Origin: Epithemia pelagica
Lineage: Eukaryota; Protista; Bacillariophyta
Length of the DNA stretch: 64,000 nt
Assembly: GCA_946965045.2 (NCBI GenBank)
Contig: OX337232.1
Coordinates: forward strand, 3,162,001 to 3,226,000
Reading direction: 5' to 3'
Shown here: positions 45,277 through 59,999 of the stretch, piece by piece
Layout of the letters: each line of letters starts with the position of its first letter
Numbering within the stretch: position 1 is the first letter of the stretch
The notes under the pieces: model-generated
Told to the model about the DNA's origin: nothing
Databases searched by the model: none
The model's input: the letters and a program-made list of their open reading frames with translations, nothing else
Program-made: the position numbers and the translations under genes

Positions 45277-48200
45277 GCTGTCCAGTTAAATCTGAGAATT
45301 GGAAGTGAGTAATGTAACGAGAAAAGAGTCACTCTAATCGCTGTCTGTCATCACCTATATCCAGATTTCTCAATCTCCACCACAAGGGTTCACCCGCAGC
45401 AAAAAGGTCAATCCACAGAAAAACGTGACAGAAGAGTTGGGAAGGTCGGCCGACGACAATCAACGCATACATCATGCGCGTAGGGCTATAGTACAACGTA
45501 CCTAATACCCTAAGTATTGCAAAGTTGGCGAGACACTCATGTACTGGTTGTTCTATAGTCACATCGACCGCGCCTGGCGAGACTGTGTCCGTGCACTCTC
45601 TCTATTCGCAATTCGCTCATCTCTCTTTTTATGTCAACTCTTCAGGGGCGGGAGGATGTGTATACAATTGGTCTCATATGAGGAGGAAGAAGTTGTACTC
45701 GTTGGACCGACACCATCCCAATGTGGTCATCAGCCCACCGGTCGCTACGGAATTCTTTCAAAGCTGGGAGGATGGAATTCCGTATAATGCCCTGATTCCA
45801 AGCCAAAACGCCAGTTCCAAGCATTGACAGCGTACCAAAGCGAGCTCGTTGCGTCGTATGAAAAGATACAGAACCCGGGAACCGTCCAAGTACCGACACT
45901 GGTTTCCTCGGGGCTTGCTACCGACTCGGCCCAAATAGCCAAGATCCAGTTTCGAGAGACGGCAAATGGTCCCATGGCGGTGCAACCATCCCATCTTTTG
46001 TTGTTCATTAAAGCTGCGGTTGTCGCATTCACACTTAAGTCTCGTACAGCGTTTTCTGCTTCGGAGTCTACCATGGCGTTGCGTTCCGGTTCCGAATGTC
46101 AATGCCGTGGTATCCTATCCATGTGTCTATCATACAAGAGGAAAAGGCGCCCACACACGAGCATTCCCATGACAAATCGTATGGGCCATGCGTTTTGGCT
46201 CACAATGTTCCATGTGGCACTTCAAAGGAATATCGGTTCCATTTCGCAATGCTTCCCCGTTCCAACACGTTGGGTCAAGAATACGTGTGTCCATGAGAAT
46301 GGTTGTACCCCAATTGAAGATTGCGCAATTGAGGTTGTCGGTTGACGAAGGGTCGGTTTGCCTCTAGTCTTTGCTTGGTTCCCTATGCTCGAGAACGCAG
46401 CGTTCCATGGAGTGTCTACAGGGAGCTCGTGTACTTGTAGGTAGTTGTACTATCACAGATAACCCGTCCATGCTCTGACATCCAACCTGATACAATCAGC
46501 GCTCTTATCATCATCTATACATAGATTATCTCCGACTGGACGTCCCTGGTGCAATGCCCAATTGAGTAGTGCGAAGCGATGGATTCAGATTGGACAATGT
46601 GGATTGTGGATCGACCATCAAGCTACCTCTTCGTGTGGCTTTGCGAGTGCCTAGTTTTCGTTTCGTCAGCCACACTTTGGTGGATGCAAAGATGGCACCG
46701 CTCTTTGTTATATCACCATGTGAGGAGAGTCACACAATCCGAATATCCCGTATCTCTCATCTTGGACAACGAGTTGCATGATTCATCAGTCTCTTGATGA
46801 TGAGCTTGCTTTTCATGGTGCATATTCAGCGGGCGGACTATCCAAGATTTCCCTCCAGTTATGGCACCACGCCGTGATTGTCCTCCAGATAGCCTCCCAA
46901 CTCCCAACTCAAGAATCTCTCGTATGGAGCATCCACGCTTGATCCTGCGTTCTCGGAATGAATTATCCATGGTGACGAGTCTCGCGAAGTCTTCAATTAG
47001 CGGCAGAGAGCACATATGATTCTTTCGAAAAAGCGCGCTACTCGTTCGGCCGTTGCCCCTGCAAAACCAAACGATCGAATCGGTGCGCTCGATTCTCTTC
47101 TCTCTGTATTTGTTCGCCACGAGCGTCGGTCTTGATGCCGGCATCAAGTGCTTGTTTGCCATTTATGGGTGTCATCCTTGTTGTCGGTGCCAATAAACCG
47201 CAAGGATCTGGTTTGCTTGTTTGTCGAACTTGGAACCCTGTTGCCGGACCTGTGAACAAGAGCTTGTGGATTACTTGAAGAAGAAAGACAGACCTTTTTA
47301 TGCTCTCTACCCGTGAGATTCCCTGTATGAAAGAGACGAGAATATGAAACGAAACAATACCAGCAATTAGAAGGATTTTCTGCAAATTTTGTGAATGATT
47401 GAGACCTGCTCCTCTTCTTCGATTGGGGACGCAGCAGCAAATCATCATCCAAGAAAGGTCTCTTACGATCCCATCATGGTTCAGGGATGATACAGTCCTT
47501 ACTTGAACACTGATTTGCGGCCGATCGATCGACAAAGAGGAGAGAAGGCCGATCATTCTCTACGAGTTGAAAGGAGACGAGAAGATGAAGAGCGACCATG
47601 CCAAGGACTCTTTGCAATTCTCTCAAGACCTGGGGTATCTACCGCAGGAAATCATCATCCAAGAAGGGCTCTACAGAATGCCACAACATAGTTCAAGAAC
47701 CCCATAGTCCTTTCTTGAATAATGATTTGCTGCCGATGAGGCAGATCCTGAGGAATAGCGGGTCATCTTCCTCTTTGAGTCGAAGAAAAGCCCCTCGCAT
47801 CATCTTTCTTTCACAAGCCAATTGGTTGTATTCTTGGCTTTTAGCGGCTTTCAGGATTGGCGCAAACTCCGTTGTTGAACAATGATTCGATGGTTTCCCA
47901 TTCAGTTCGATTCTCAGCACAACTAAATGATGGTTTTTCGAAGAACGGCTCATGCCCTGTAGCCCAAAGCGCCGATTCATTTGCAAGGAGGGGGATGAAG
48001 AGGCGTTTTGCAAATACAGGCTTCAAAGGAAGATGTGATACTACGAATTTGCGATTCGTGTGCAAAACTCTGTGTTGAAGAAGATGTTACGCCATCTGAG
48101 AAGAAGGAACACAAAACTGGTTGAAAAGCAGAAGACTGCCTCGTTCTCCATGAGAATATTTGCGTTGGTCTTAATGCGCAAAGTTGGCTTCCCCCGAGAT

Positions 48201-49617
48201 GCAAGCCATTGAACATCGTTTTGGAAGTTGGTCTCATAGAAGAGGTATGTTCTCGTACGAAGTTCGATCTGACATTTGAGCTGGTGAAGACCGAACTTCC
48301 GGACAAGGGTTGGATCTGTCCAGATAGTCGCGTAGATTCGCTCTGTCACTTACATTGGAAAGCTGGGCACTGACGCTTGCAGTGCCATTGGACTATTCGT
48401 CCCTTCTGTGCATGGTTAGATCACACTCGAAGACCTTCATAAGGACCAGTCGTTTGGATACGTTCTGGTTGAGGTTTTGTCGCAACGCTGTGCTGTGGCC
48501 TGCCTATATAGACGAACGTGTTATCATCGTTCCACTCGCGGTCACAGGTGTCCGATTCTCCAAGCTTATTGAGGGATTGAGGAGGTCTACCTAGAGTTAT
48601 TAACTCTATCGATGCTTCGGTATCTCTACGTGGACTTTCGCAGGGAGGTTCTGTGGTGAGAGAAGTGCCATTCCGTCTGTCGTGCTAATCCAAACCATGG
48701 ATGCTGCAATGACGAGGAGACACACGAAACGGGGCGAAGACGTTCACCCGTCTTCTTCTCCTTCGGTAGTACAGGTTCATCCGAGCAAGAATCGAGTGTG
48801 ACTTTGGGATTGTTGTTTGGCTGGTACGGATGTACCCGTACCCGTCTGAATACGGGTTTTCCAAAGGCATTTGCTGCTGGTGGTCCTCCAGTTTTGCTCA
48901 CGGGTGTTTGCTTTTGCATGGACGTGCGTTCAGTGGTGAGGAGTGCTGGAGGACAGTGAAATGGTATTGGAGAGTTGATGGTTGGATGTTGGCGGGACCG
49001 GCGCAGCATCGTAGTTTTACACGAGTGCCATTCCGTCAGTTGTACGAATCCAAACCATGGATGCAGGAACCTACTATCTATATACGGCCGGTAACGAGTG
49101 AACCACGTCTGCAGAGACTGGCATCGTTTGCCCCTCGTCAAAATCCGCAGAGCCGATGGTATGACAACTCGTGTCGGACCAGAAAACAAAAAGACGACAT
49201 GCAGCCCCAGTTTGTCCACGATAGAAGCAATCTACTGTTATACAAATCAATCCGTTAGTGTTACACAATTCTACATACCCGTTCTCCAATCAAGAGCCAT
49301 TCGTACAAAACCTGGAACTATGGATGCCTTCCCTCCATTCCTTCCCTCCCAATCAGGGAGAGGTTTCATCCACAACAAGATACTATTACTACATGCCATT
49401 AGAATCTGTGTGAGGTTCCAGGGGAACGCCCTCCCGAGAAGGCCGAATGGTCTGGGAGTGCCACATTTCGTGTGTGTCGCGAGAACCCCTTGGTGGGTCC
49501 GGCTGTTTTCGTGTTTCACCCTAGTACCCCGCCTTTTTCTTCTTCGTGTTTCACCATTGTACCCCGCCTTGCTCTTCCTCTTCGTCTTCTGGTCGAGTCT
49601 GTACGAGAGCGCTCTCC

Positions 49618-51681
49618 CTAGACTGTTACCACGATTGGAGCATTGTGGTTGTTGTTGTCGTCTTTATCGTCGTCGTTGGCGGGCTGTACATCCTCGTCCA
49701 CGGGGTCTTGGAGTAACTCGGTCACCACCTGGTGGGTCGTATTAGTAGGAGATTCGGTACCAGTCATTGTCATTGTGGGTTCCAGAGGCATGACCTCATC
49801 CAACAAGGAACCTCCATCTCCTCCTTCGGCTTCTCCTTCTTCCAACAAAGACGAGGATGCCGTGCCCCAACAGGATTCCGTGCCCGTGACTTGGGAATTC
49901 ACCGATATCAAATCGTGGTCGTCGTGACAGACAATTTCCCAAACGGGGACGGTGGGTCCCGACGATACCGTACTTTGTCGACTGGGCATGGACGAGGAGG
50001 TACCCTGTCGTCGATGATGCCGTTGTTGTGGAACTTTGGCGGCACCATTTGCGGCTCCTGCTCCTGCTCCAGGTGTCGCCGAGTCGAGACGACGGTGGGA
50101 TTCGTGGGGGTGATGGTGGGCAGCGGCTGCCGCGTGGGCGTGGGAACGATGCTGGCGAATGAGAAACATGGCCGCCACGACAAAGAGCGCCGCCGCACCA
50201 CCCACAATGGCCCCCAGGAGGACCATGGTGTTTGGTTGGCTGGTGGAACTCGTGTTGGTTCCAGGGGCGGCTGTTTCGGATTCCGAGCCACCAATATTGG
50301 TGAGAAAGGATGCCGTTTGAAAGGTGGCCAAGGTTTGCACGACAGTGGGCAACACGTCGGTGGCCAAGACGGTTTCAAAGTGTTGGGTGACCGCGTCAGG
50401 GACTTGGCCCGTACTACTAGGCCACACCGTGGGTTCGGCTTGGACCGTCACGGTAAAGGCTCCACTAATGGTATAACAATCCGTTTCGGCCGTGGACCCA
50501 CACCTTCCGGCCGTTGTATCGGGGGGTGTCGAAAAGAGACTGGACAACCACACTCCCACCGTGTTGTTTTCGGATGAGGTCGTTTGACGACACAGCACGT
50601 TCGCCACGCCTTGTCCAATCAAGCGTTCGCCTTCCGCCGTGGCCGCCACGACATTGGTACTCCGTTGCAAGGTCATGTTGTAGGCATAGGGAATGACGGC
50701 AAAGCGCGATTCGGTAGTAGTGGCAGTCGTGGTAGCAATCGTGCGACGACAAGTAATCAATTCTCCTCCTCCCGTACCCGCCGCCGTGTCGTAGCCCAAG
50801 GGATCTATGGAAGGGGCCGAGGAACGCGAGGGTGCCATGGATGTGGAGGGATGTGCCGACGGAAGGGCACTGGGAACAGGACTTTGCGTGGGCAACGGCG
50901 ACGGCGGCAGTGTGGGCAACGGGGTAGGAACTCCACTGGGCGGATGCATGGGGGAAATGGTGGGAACATTGGAAGGAGTTTGGGTGGGAGAAGGAGTGGG
51001 AGCAGCCGCAACCGGGGGTTGGGAGATCATGGCCAAGGTAGCCGGAGGATGGGTGAACGACGAGGGCACGGACGTGCTGGGCATGGCCGTGGGTCGTGTG
51101 GTGGTGGGTGCCACCGATGGAGTCGAGCTGGGTGAGGGAGACGGAGCTCGCGTGGGAGACTGTGTCGGAGAAATGGTGGGAGATTTGGAAGGCGCAAGGG
51201 TTGTGGGAGACTGGGAAGGAGACATGGTGGGAGACTGTGTCGGAGCAAGGGTGGGAGACCTGGTTGGTACCAAGGTGGTGGGTGTCCCTGTTGTGGGAGC
51301 CATGGAAGGACGAGGAGAAGGCACCAAAGTGGTGGGTGTAGATGTGGGACGTCGCGTTTCGTCTTGTTCCTTGTCATTTTTGGTCTTGAGTTGTCGAAAC
51401 AGTGTTGGAAGAGGTGGTTGGGAAAGAAAAGAAGCAGTAGTAGACTGTCGTGGGTCCAGTTGTCGTGGTTGTTCGGGTGCCGGTGCCGCCTGCTGCTGCG
51501 GTTGCTGTAGTCGTCTCATTTTGCGAATGCGAGGCGTATACCGAGTTTGTTGTGGTTGTTGTTGCTCGTTGTGGTCGTGGTTGTAATGGCTCTCCCATCC
51601 AGATGCCGCAATGGTGACTGGTAGAATAATCCAGCACAGAACGGGCAACAATCGTCCACGCATTCTCCGTATCATCATCAT
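49618..51681 (-). CDS. Mucin-like type I membrane protein, paralog C
   Basis: Signal peptide, SPT/PT repeats, 4-Cys domain (IPYAYNM...EGERLIGQGVANVLC) and TM (VLLGAIVGGAAALFVVAAMFLI). Confidence 0.8.
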   Translation of the reverse strand: MMMIRRMRGRLLPVLCWIILPVTIAASGWESHYNHDHNEQQQPQQTRYTPRIRKMRRLQQPQQQAAPAPEQPRQLDPRQSTTASFLSQPPLPTLFRQLKTKNDKEQDETRRPTSTPTTLVPSPRPSMAPTTGTPTTLVPTRSPTLAPTQSPTMSPSQSPTTLAPSKSPTISPTQSPTRAPSPSPSSTPSVAPTTTRPTAMPSTSVPSSFTHPPATLAMISQPPVAAAPTPSPTQTPSNVPTISPMHPPSGVPTPLPTLPPSPLPTQSPVPSALPSAHPSTSMAPSRSSAPSIDPLGYDTAAGTGGGELITCRRTIATTTATTTESRFAVIPYAYNMTLQRSTNVVAATAEGERLIGQGVANVLCRQTTSSENNTVGVWLSSLFSTPPDTTAGRCGSTAETDCYTISGAFTVTVQAEPTVWPSSTGQVPDAVTQHFETVLATDVLPTVVQTLATFQTASFLTNIGGSESETAAPGTNTSSTSQPNTMVLLGAIVGGAAALFVVAAMFLIRQHRSHAHAAAAAHHHPHESHRRLDSATPGAGAGAANGAAKVPQQRHHRRQGTSSSMPSRQSTVSSGPTVPVWEIVCHDDHDLISVNSQVTGTESCWGTASSSLLEEGEAEGGDGGSLLDEVMPLEPTMTMTGTESPTNTTHQVVTELLQDPVDEDVQPANDDDKDDNNNHNAPIVVTV

Positions 51682-52349
51682 TGTTCCTGCCTGGAGTTTG
51701 AGTGTGACACTATGGTGGGATGTTGTTGGAATTGGAAGTAGAAAAATGAAGCGAGAGACGATGCGCCCAATGCGCAATCCCACAAAAGCAGTCCCCGTAT
51801 CCGACGCGAGCCATCCCCCCAAGAATCAACAATGCTGTACTCGTACAGAAAGACTGTCAGAGTCCAGTCAGTGTCAGTAGGGACAACCTGTACGATCTAT
51901 TTGCCAACCAGAATCCGATGCGACGCGGCAACGGACACATTTGAATACTCACTGGAACACACTGGTTCGTGTCAAATTCGACCCACACCGACGGACAGAC
52001 AATGTCCGTTGACGAGGACCATTGGCAGCAACATCCAACAACGGATCGATCTGGCACGCGAGGGGAGCGACCCAACGCTTCCTTCGCAACGGACATGGTC
52101 ATTGTATCTTTGTCCAGAAATACCGGGGGGAGCTCAACCGTTCGATCCAAAAAAGAGTGGTCTCTCTCGACTGGGTGGCTGCGCCATGGCCTATAAACAG
52201 CTCAACTCCAGTCAGCGATGACACGACACCTAGGTAATCGTTCGGCGGGCACTGGAATGCCATGGAATCTATCACACCACTTGTTGTTGTCTCCATCGAG
52301 ACAAGTTCGATCTCTGTTGGATTGATCCTTGTCCAAACGACGGACCACC

Positions 52350-53453
52350 ATGGCTCCCAAACAACAACCACAACCACAACCACAAGAAGAACACGAGACA
52401 GATGGAGGATCTCACCACCCCAACAACAAGACGAAGATTGTGGGGAGATCATCCACACGACAGTACCAACGGTACCCACAAGTGCAACGAGATCATCATC
52501 CTTCCAGTTCCACAGACAAGAACCACAACAGTCCAACTCCAACCAAGCCATCCGTAGCATCATGTACAAACAATCCCACAGAGGACAGGCTTTCTTCCTC
52601 ATTGCCTACCAAGCGTGAAACTCTGATTGCCATTCCGGATGACGACGAAGACGAAGACGAAGGTAGGAATCGGATGCCTGCACCACGTAGATTGCTTGGT
52701 GTTTTGCCCTGTTGTCTCTCTCTCTCACACACACTGCTGCTGTGGTCCACACTAGTGCCAATCGTGCTTCATGATGGTCGTCGGGGTCGTCGCAGAGGAG
52801 GACCCTCGAAAAAGCTCTTGAACCGGGTCTTGGCTTTTTGGAAAAAACCATCGCCGGCGGGTCGCAAACTGTCCAGCACGGCCAGTACCTTGGCCACGGC
52901 CGAAGCGGTCCAAAGTACCATTTCGCTTCTGGAATCCGATGACGACGACGAGAACGAGAACAAGGATCAGTGTGTCATGAAAGAGGAACAGGAGGAGGAG
53001 AAGGATGACGACCAAGACGGCCAGTCTCCAACATCGACGACCAACATGACGACGTCGTCGTCCGAGAGAGACGATCCTCCACGACGACACGATTTCAAAC
53101 ACGAATCGCGAGTTCTTTCGACCAACGACGTCTTGTCGATTGAAACGGGTGTCATTGACTCGATTGTCCAACGGATTGGAGACGACGACTCGTCGTCGTC
53201 ATGCTCCCAATCCTCGTCGTCGTCGTATTCCTATGGATATACCAATCATGACGACGACGGCTATGCCGTCTCTTCAGTGGACGGACCCGACAGTGTGTCC
53301 TTGTCGTCGTCCTCGTCGTCCTTTCAAACGTCGGATTCCCTTACCTTGTCGTCGCAAGGATCCAAAATGTCAGCACCCGTCGATCCCTTGACGAGTTTTC
53401 TTCCGTCGGAATTCCATCGAACCGACACGGAATTGTCCTTGGAAGTCACCTAG
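52350..53453 (+). CDS. Hypothetical low-complexity acidic/Ser-rich protein, possible in-frame intron 52663-52755
   Basis: Long ORF from MAPKQQ with GT/AG at gaag|gtagg and cactag|tgcca. No domain recognised. Confidence 0.45.
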   Translation: MAPKQQPQPQPQEEHETDGGSHHPNNKTKIVGRSSTRQYQRYPQVQRDHHPSSSTDKNHNSPTPTKPSVASCTNNPTEDRLSSSLPTKRETLIAIPDDDEDEDEGRNRMPAPRRLLGVLPCCLSLSHTLLLWSTLVPIVLHDGRRGRRRGGPSKKLLNRVLAFWKKPSPAGRKLSSTASTLATAEAVQSTISLLESDDDDENENKDQCVMKEEQEEEKDDDQDGQSPTSTTNMTTSSSERDDPPRRHDFKHESRVLSTNDVLSIETGVIDSIVQRIGDDDSSSSCSQSSSSSYSYGYTNHDDDGYAVSSVDGPDSVSLSSSSSSFQTSDSLTLSSQGSKMSAPVDPLTSFLPSEFHRTDTELSLEVT

Positions 53454-55353
53454 GTATAGAGGGACTTCTTACAACCACAACCGCAAAAAACCGCAAAAAC
53501 CACAACACCAAGATGACACGGTACGGATGGAAGTCACCGATTCTCGCACTACGACCGTCCGAAACGAGGGGGAAAGTCCAGTGAAACTGGGTTTCACTAT
53601 TCAAGAATGTGTATCTTGTACACACACACACACATGGAGTGTTTGGTTCCTGCAATGTGTACCAAACCATACCGGGACAAAAGACGATAGCAGTACATAG
53701 CATCCTCATTCCACACACACAAGTTTCAAACTTTCGAAACACATATTCCAAGGTAGGAGCCTCGTTCCCTCTCTCTATTGTCGTAGTCCGATACAGTTAG
53801 GAGTAAGGCCAGAAGAATACAGTCTCTTGCTTGGTCGTGTCTTGGTTGTCCATGCGGATCTCCTCCTTGTATGCGGTCTCTCTAAAGCATGAAACATATC
53901 TACGGGTCTTTTTTTCGCTCCCCAACATTGGTTTATGGTCAAGAGAAGTCTTTTGTTCCTCTCCCCAACACCACCAACGACACGAGGGGCGTTGTACCCA
54001 TTGGAGCTTGTCTCTACACTCCTACTATATTTAATCGACATCTCATGGTTCTGGAAGACACCTACTCTTTCTGCTTTTCCTTGTGAGAGCACCACGGTCC
54101 TGGAACGGAGTTGCCATTCGGGTAGGTAGTAGGAGAACATGGACATCCAAAACAAACCTCGTCACGGCGTCCATGTGACGGACTCTGGCCAACGAAACTC
54201 CTTGCTGGTGCCGTAGTTTGGAAAAAAAGGGTTGGAGGCAACTCTGCCTTCCATTCGAATGTGCGCGCACGAGAGGCTAAGGGCCAGGCCCACAATCCGG
54301 CATGGACCCTCTGGGGATGACGTGGTAAGTCAGGTCGCACAAGGCGAGCATGTCGCTATCCATACCCGCAGCCGACTCCTTGTCTCCGGTAGTCCCTTAC
54401 CTCTCGGCTAAACGCTCCTGGTGACCAACGCAAGACTTGTGGATCTATAAAGACTGGGCTTTCCCGCAAAAGAGGTGCCTTTGTCGGGGTGCGATCGATG
54501 GAGAGTTTCCCGTGAGCAGGAAGACGGGAAACTCGTTTTGCTTTTTCCTGGAAGAGTCGGCAATCCTACGGCCGTCGGAACCAAGTACGATAGGATGCGC
54601 ACGACGCCAGAAATGAGGACCAACAGGTCCACATCCAGCAAGCATGGGCCCTCCACCAGGAGGGAGACCAGGAGGGAGACCATGGTCCGCCTGCCCGTTC
54701 CCCGGAAGAACGTCAACCCAGAGCGAACCATTGGTCTCCCACGTCCCTCAAGCAAACTCGTTTGAGGTGTGGTATCCGAACTTATCCCATCTTTCACGTG
54801 ATCGTGTTAGGTGTAGAGGGGATCCGAAAGCATCCCCCTTTTCACGTGAAAACCTGAGTCGCCTGGCCTCTGGTAGTCGCGACCTCTTATTCGACCCATA
54901 CGCGACACCTCTGAGTCGTGGATCCTTTCAGTCCCAAACTCGCACGCCAGCAGCCCGAGAAATTCCAGGACGAGTTCCTCCTCCCCATCTTTCTTCCCAT
55001 TGCTGTCACCTTCCATTTGGTTCAGCACACATCTTTGGGACCGTCATTCTTCTGTTGCTCTCCGCGCACAAGGGTTGTCACACAAAGTTCTTTGGTGTGG
55101 TGATTGTGAGAGACTATCGTAAAAGCATTCATCGCAACAAAGGAGTACTTTGACGAAACCACAACAGTTGATTGAGAAGTTTATAGGATCCTGAAAAAGT
55201 AATACATCATGGTGTAAGTGTTGTGGTCGTATCCATTTGTATGAGGAAGGATTCGATGGACTGCGGTCATTGTCGATCTTTCGTCGCTGAAAATTACTCA
55301 CGTTCCGTCCTTGTGTGTGTTTTGCCTATGCTGTGATCATTTCTGTCCATTGA

Positions 55354-57968
<2,615 letters not shown>

Positions 57969-59999
57969 ATGACGAACCATGGGGAATCTCGGTTCTCTTT
58001 GCATGGACAAGAGGATTCCAGTGTCATGAAACCCCAAACCTATACTAAGAATACAAATGAACAAGGTATATTCTTCTCCTAGGCTTTGTCTCTTGTTCAT
58101 TCTCAAAACACTGGACCACCATCACTCACAAAAAGCCATTGGTAGAAAAGTCCGCCGCTAGTAGATGATGAAAAGGCATTGCCATTTCTTTTAGCTTGAC
58201 AGAGGTTTATCCAGTGGAGTGGTACTCCTATTAGTTTTCCGTGCACCTCGACTTCGATCTTCGATATCCGCAGTCACGGATAGCTACCCCTTCTCTCTTT
58301 ATCGAACTCATACCGTCACTTCTCGATTTTCACAAGTCTCATCTTTCATTCCCATTTATATTGTCCGCCCTTGAGCTTGACGTTGAACCTGAGCGTCTGA
58401 GCTATCATCTTGCCTTCGACAGGCTATGAGCTGTTTTCGGCTTTTTGAAATCTGAACTCGTTCATGGATGGCAAATGGCAATGTCGGGATTGACGTTGAA
58501 CGTTGACTTTTCTGTCATCACGAAGAGAACAGCTCTAAATGAAGTCGAAATAGCTTGGCGCGGCCACCAAAAAATGGCTTCAGACGAAGTCAAATGGATC
58601 AGATTGACAAAAGCCTTGGAAACTTAGTGAAAGAGGTGTTGTGTTTTGTTTTTTGTTGATTCGCGCTCGCGCTGTGCAGTGGATTGCCCTCAAAAGTTTG
58701 AGAATGCATTTCATTTGGGAGTTTCTAGGCGAGAGAATCGGGAGCTCTCTCGAGCCTACCGATGAAATGAAGGGGAAAGCTGCAGGCTAATCCCCGAATT
58801 CGATGACCCATCAACTGAAGACACCTCGTGAGCTAGCGGACTGAAAGAACGTAAAGGAGAAAGAAAGTTGCAAGACAGAAACAAGAGCAAAGAGCATGAT
58901 AGCTGATGTGGTTGGCGGACTCCACCGCTTCCTTGTCGGGAGAAAGTGTAAGGCTAGCGAAGGTGGGGTAGCATGTTGTGAGTTGTGAGTTGTGAGTTGT
59001 GATTCGTGATTCCTGATTCCTGATTCCTACTCCCGCCTTCCGCGCGGAGAAAGCACGCAAGTGATGACGACGGCTACGACGTCATGAGAGCTCAAGAGAA
59101 AAACTTACAGCTCGGTCGCCCTTCATCATTCAACCAAATTCGAGAGGATCTTTAATAATCTCAAGAGTATGCACTTTTCACCTCTCGTTATTCGACTCAA
59201 TCTCAAATCTCATACGAAGAGTTTGGTAAGTTCTAAGAGTTTGCATAGTTTGTGTCAATTGGGGCAGCATGACGGAAACTACCTAGGAGTAGGTACTACT
59301 TTAGAATTTGAGTGTCGTAGATGGGAATGCCATCAGGGATACAGAAATCGTCGCTTTGGCCATTCCTTTATCTATGAATGCGGATGTTCAGAAACTGGAA
59401 TAGTGCCATCTGCCATCCTCGACGATGGTCTAGGTAGGTAGTAGTAGCTACCATTTGAGTCAACAGAACGCCCGACCCAACCTTTCAATGAATCCAAAAT
59501 GAAAAATCACGCATTGAGTCAAAAACACATCCAGTTGCATAAGTCGTGTCCCTAAACGGTGTCATCAAAGCAGAAGACATCAAACCATCTATTGCCTGAA
59601 AACAAGAGAAAGAGCCAGAGACTCGTGTGAGAGTAGGCAGCAAGGGACAGACTACAAGATCACAGAGAAACAAAAAGAGAGTCTGTCCAAAGGGTTGATT
59701 TCAGTGGCCAGAAAATGACCCGCAAAACCAGAATTTGACTCCGTCTGTTTTCACAAGCACCTCATCACCAACAGGCCACCTTCCGGCAAAGGACGATGTA
59801 CCTGCGAAGTATCTTTATTCTCTCGATTGTTTCATATAATGTGAACCCACATGTCAAGCAAACTTACATTGTGTAAAAGTCACATGGCTGAGTCCAATCG
59901 GCAAAGGCAAGGTTGTAGAATCGACAGCGTATTCGTCCTCTTTTTGTCAATTAACGGTACCACCGCATTTTCGTTTCCGCAAACATACAGCATTCTTCG

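Noticed and set aside
46713-47162. REILELGVG resembling methyltransferase motif I
   Set aside because: Isolated short match with no downstream motifs.
52255-52320. Minus-strand peptide LVSMETTTSGVIDSM resembling plus-strand VLSIETGVIDSI at ~53125
   Set aside because: Short similarity in low-complexity context; could be chance.
58973-59030. Heptamer run grading from gttgtga to ttcctga
   Set aside because: Ordinary slippage microsatellite with no associated structure.
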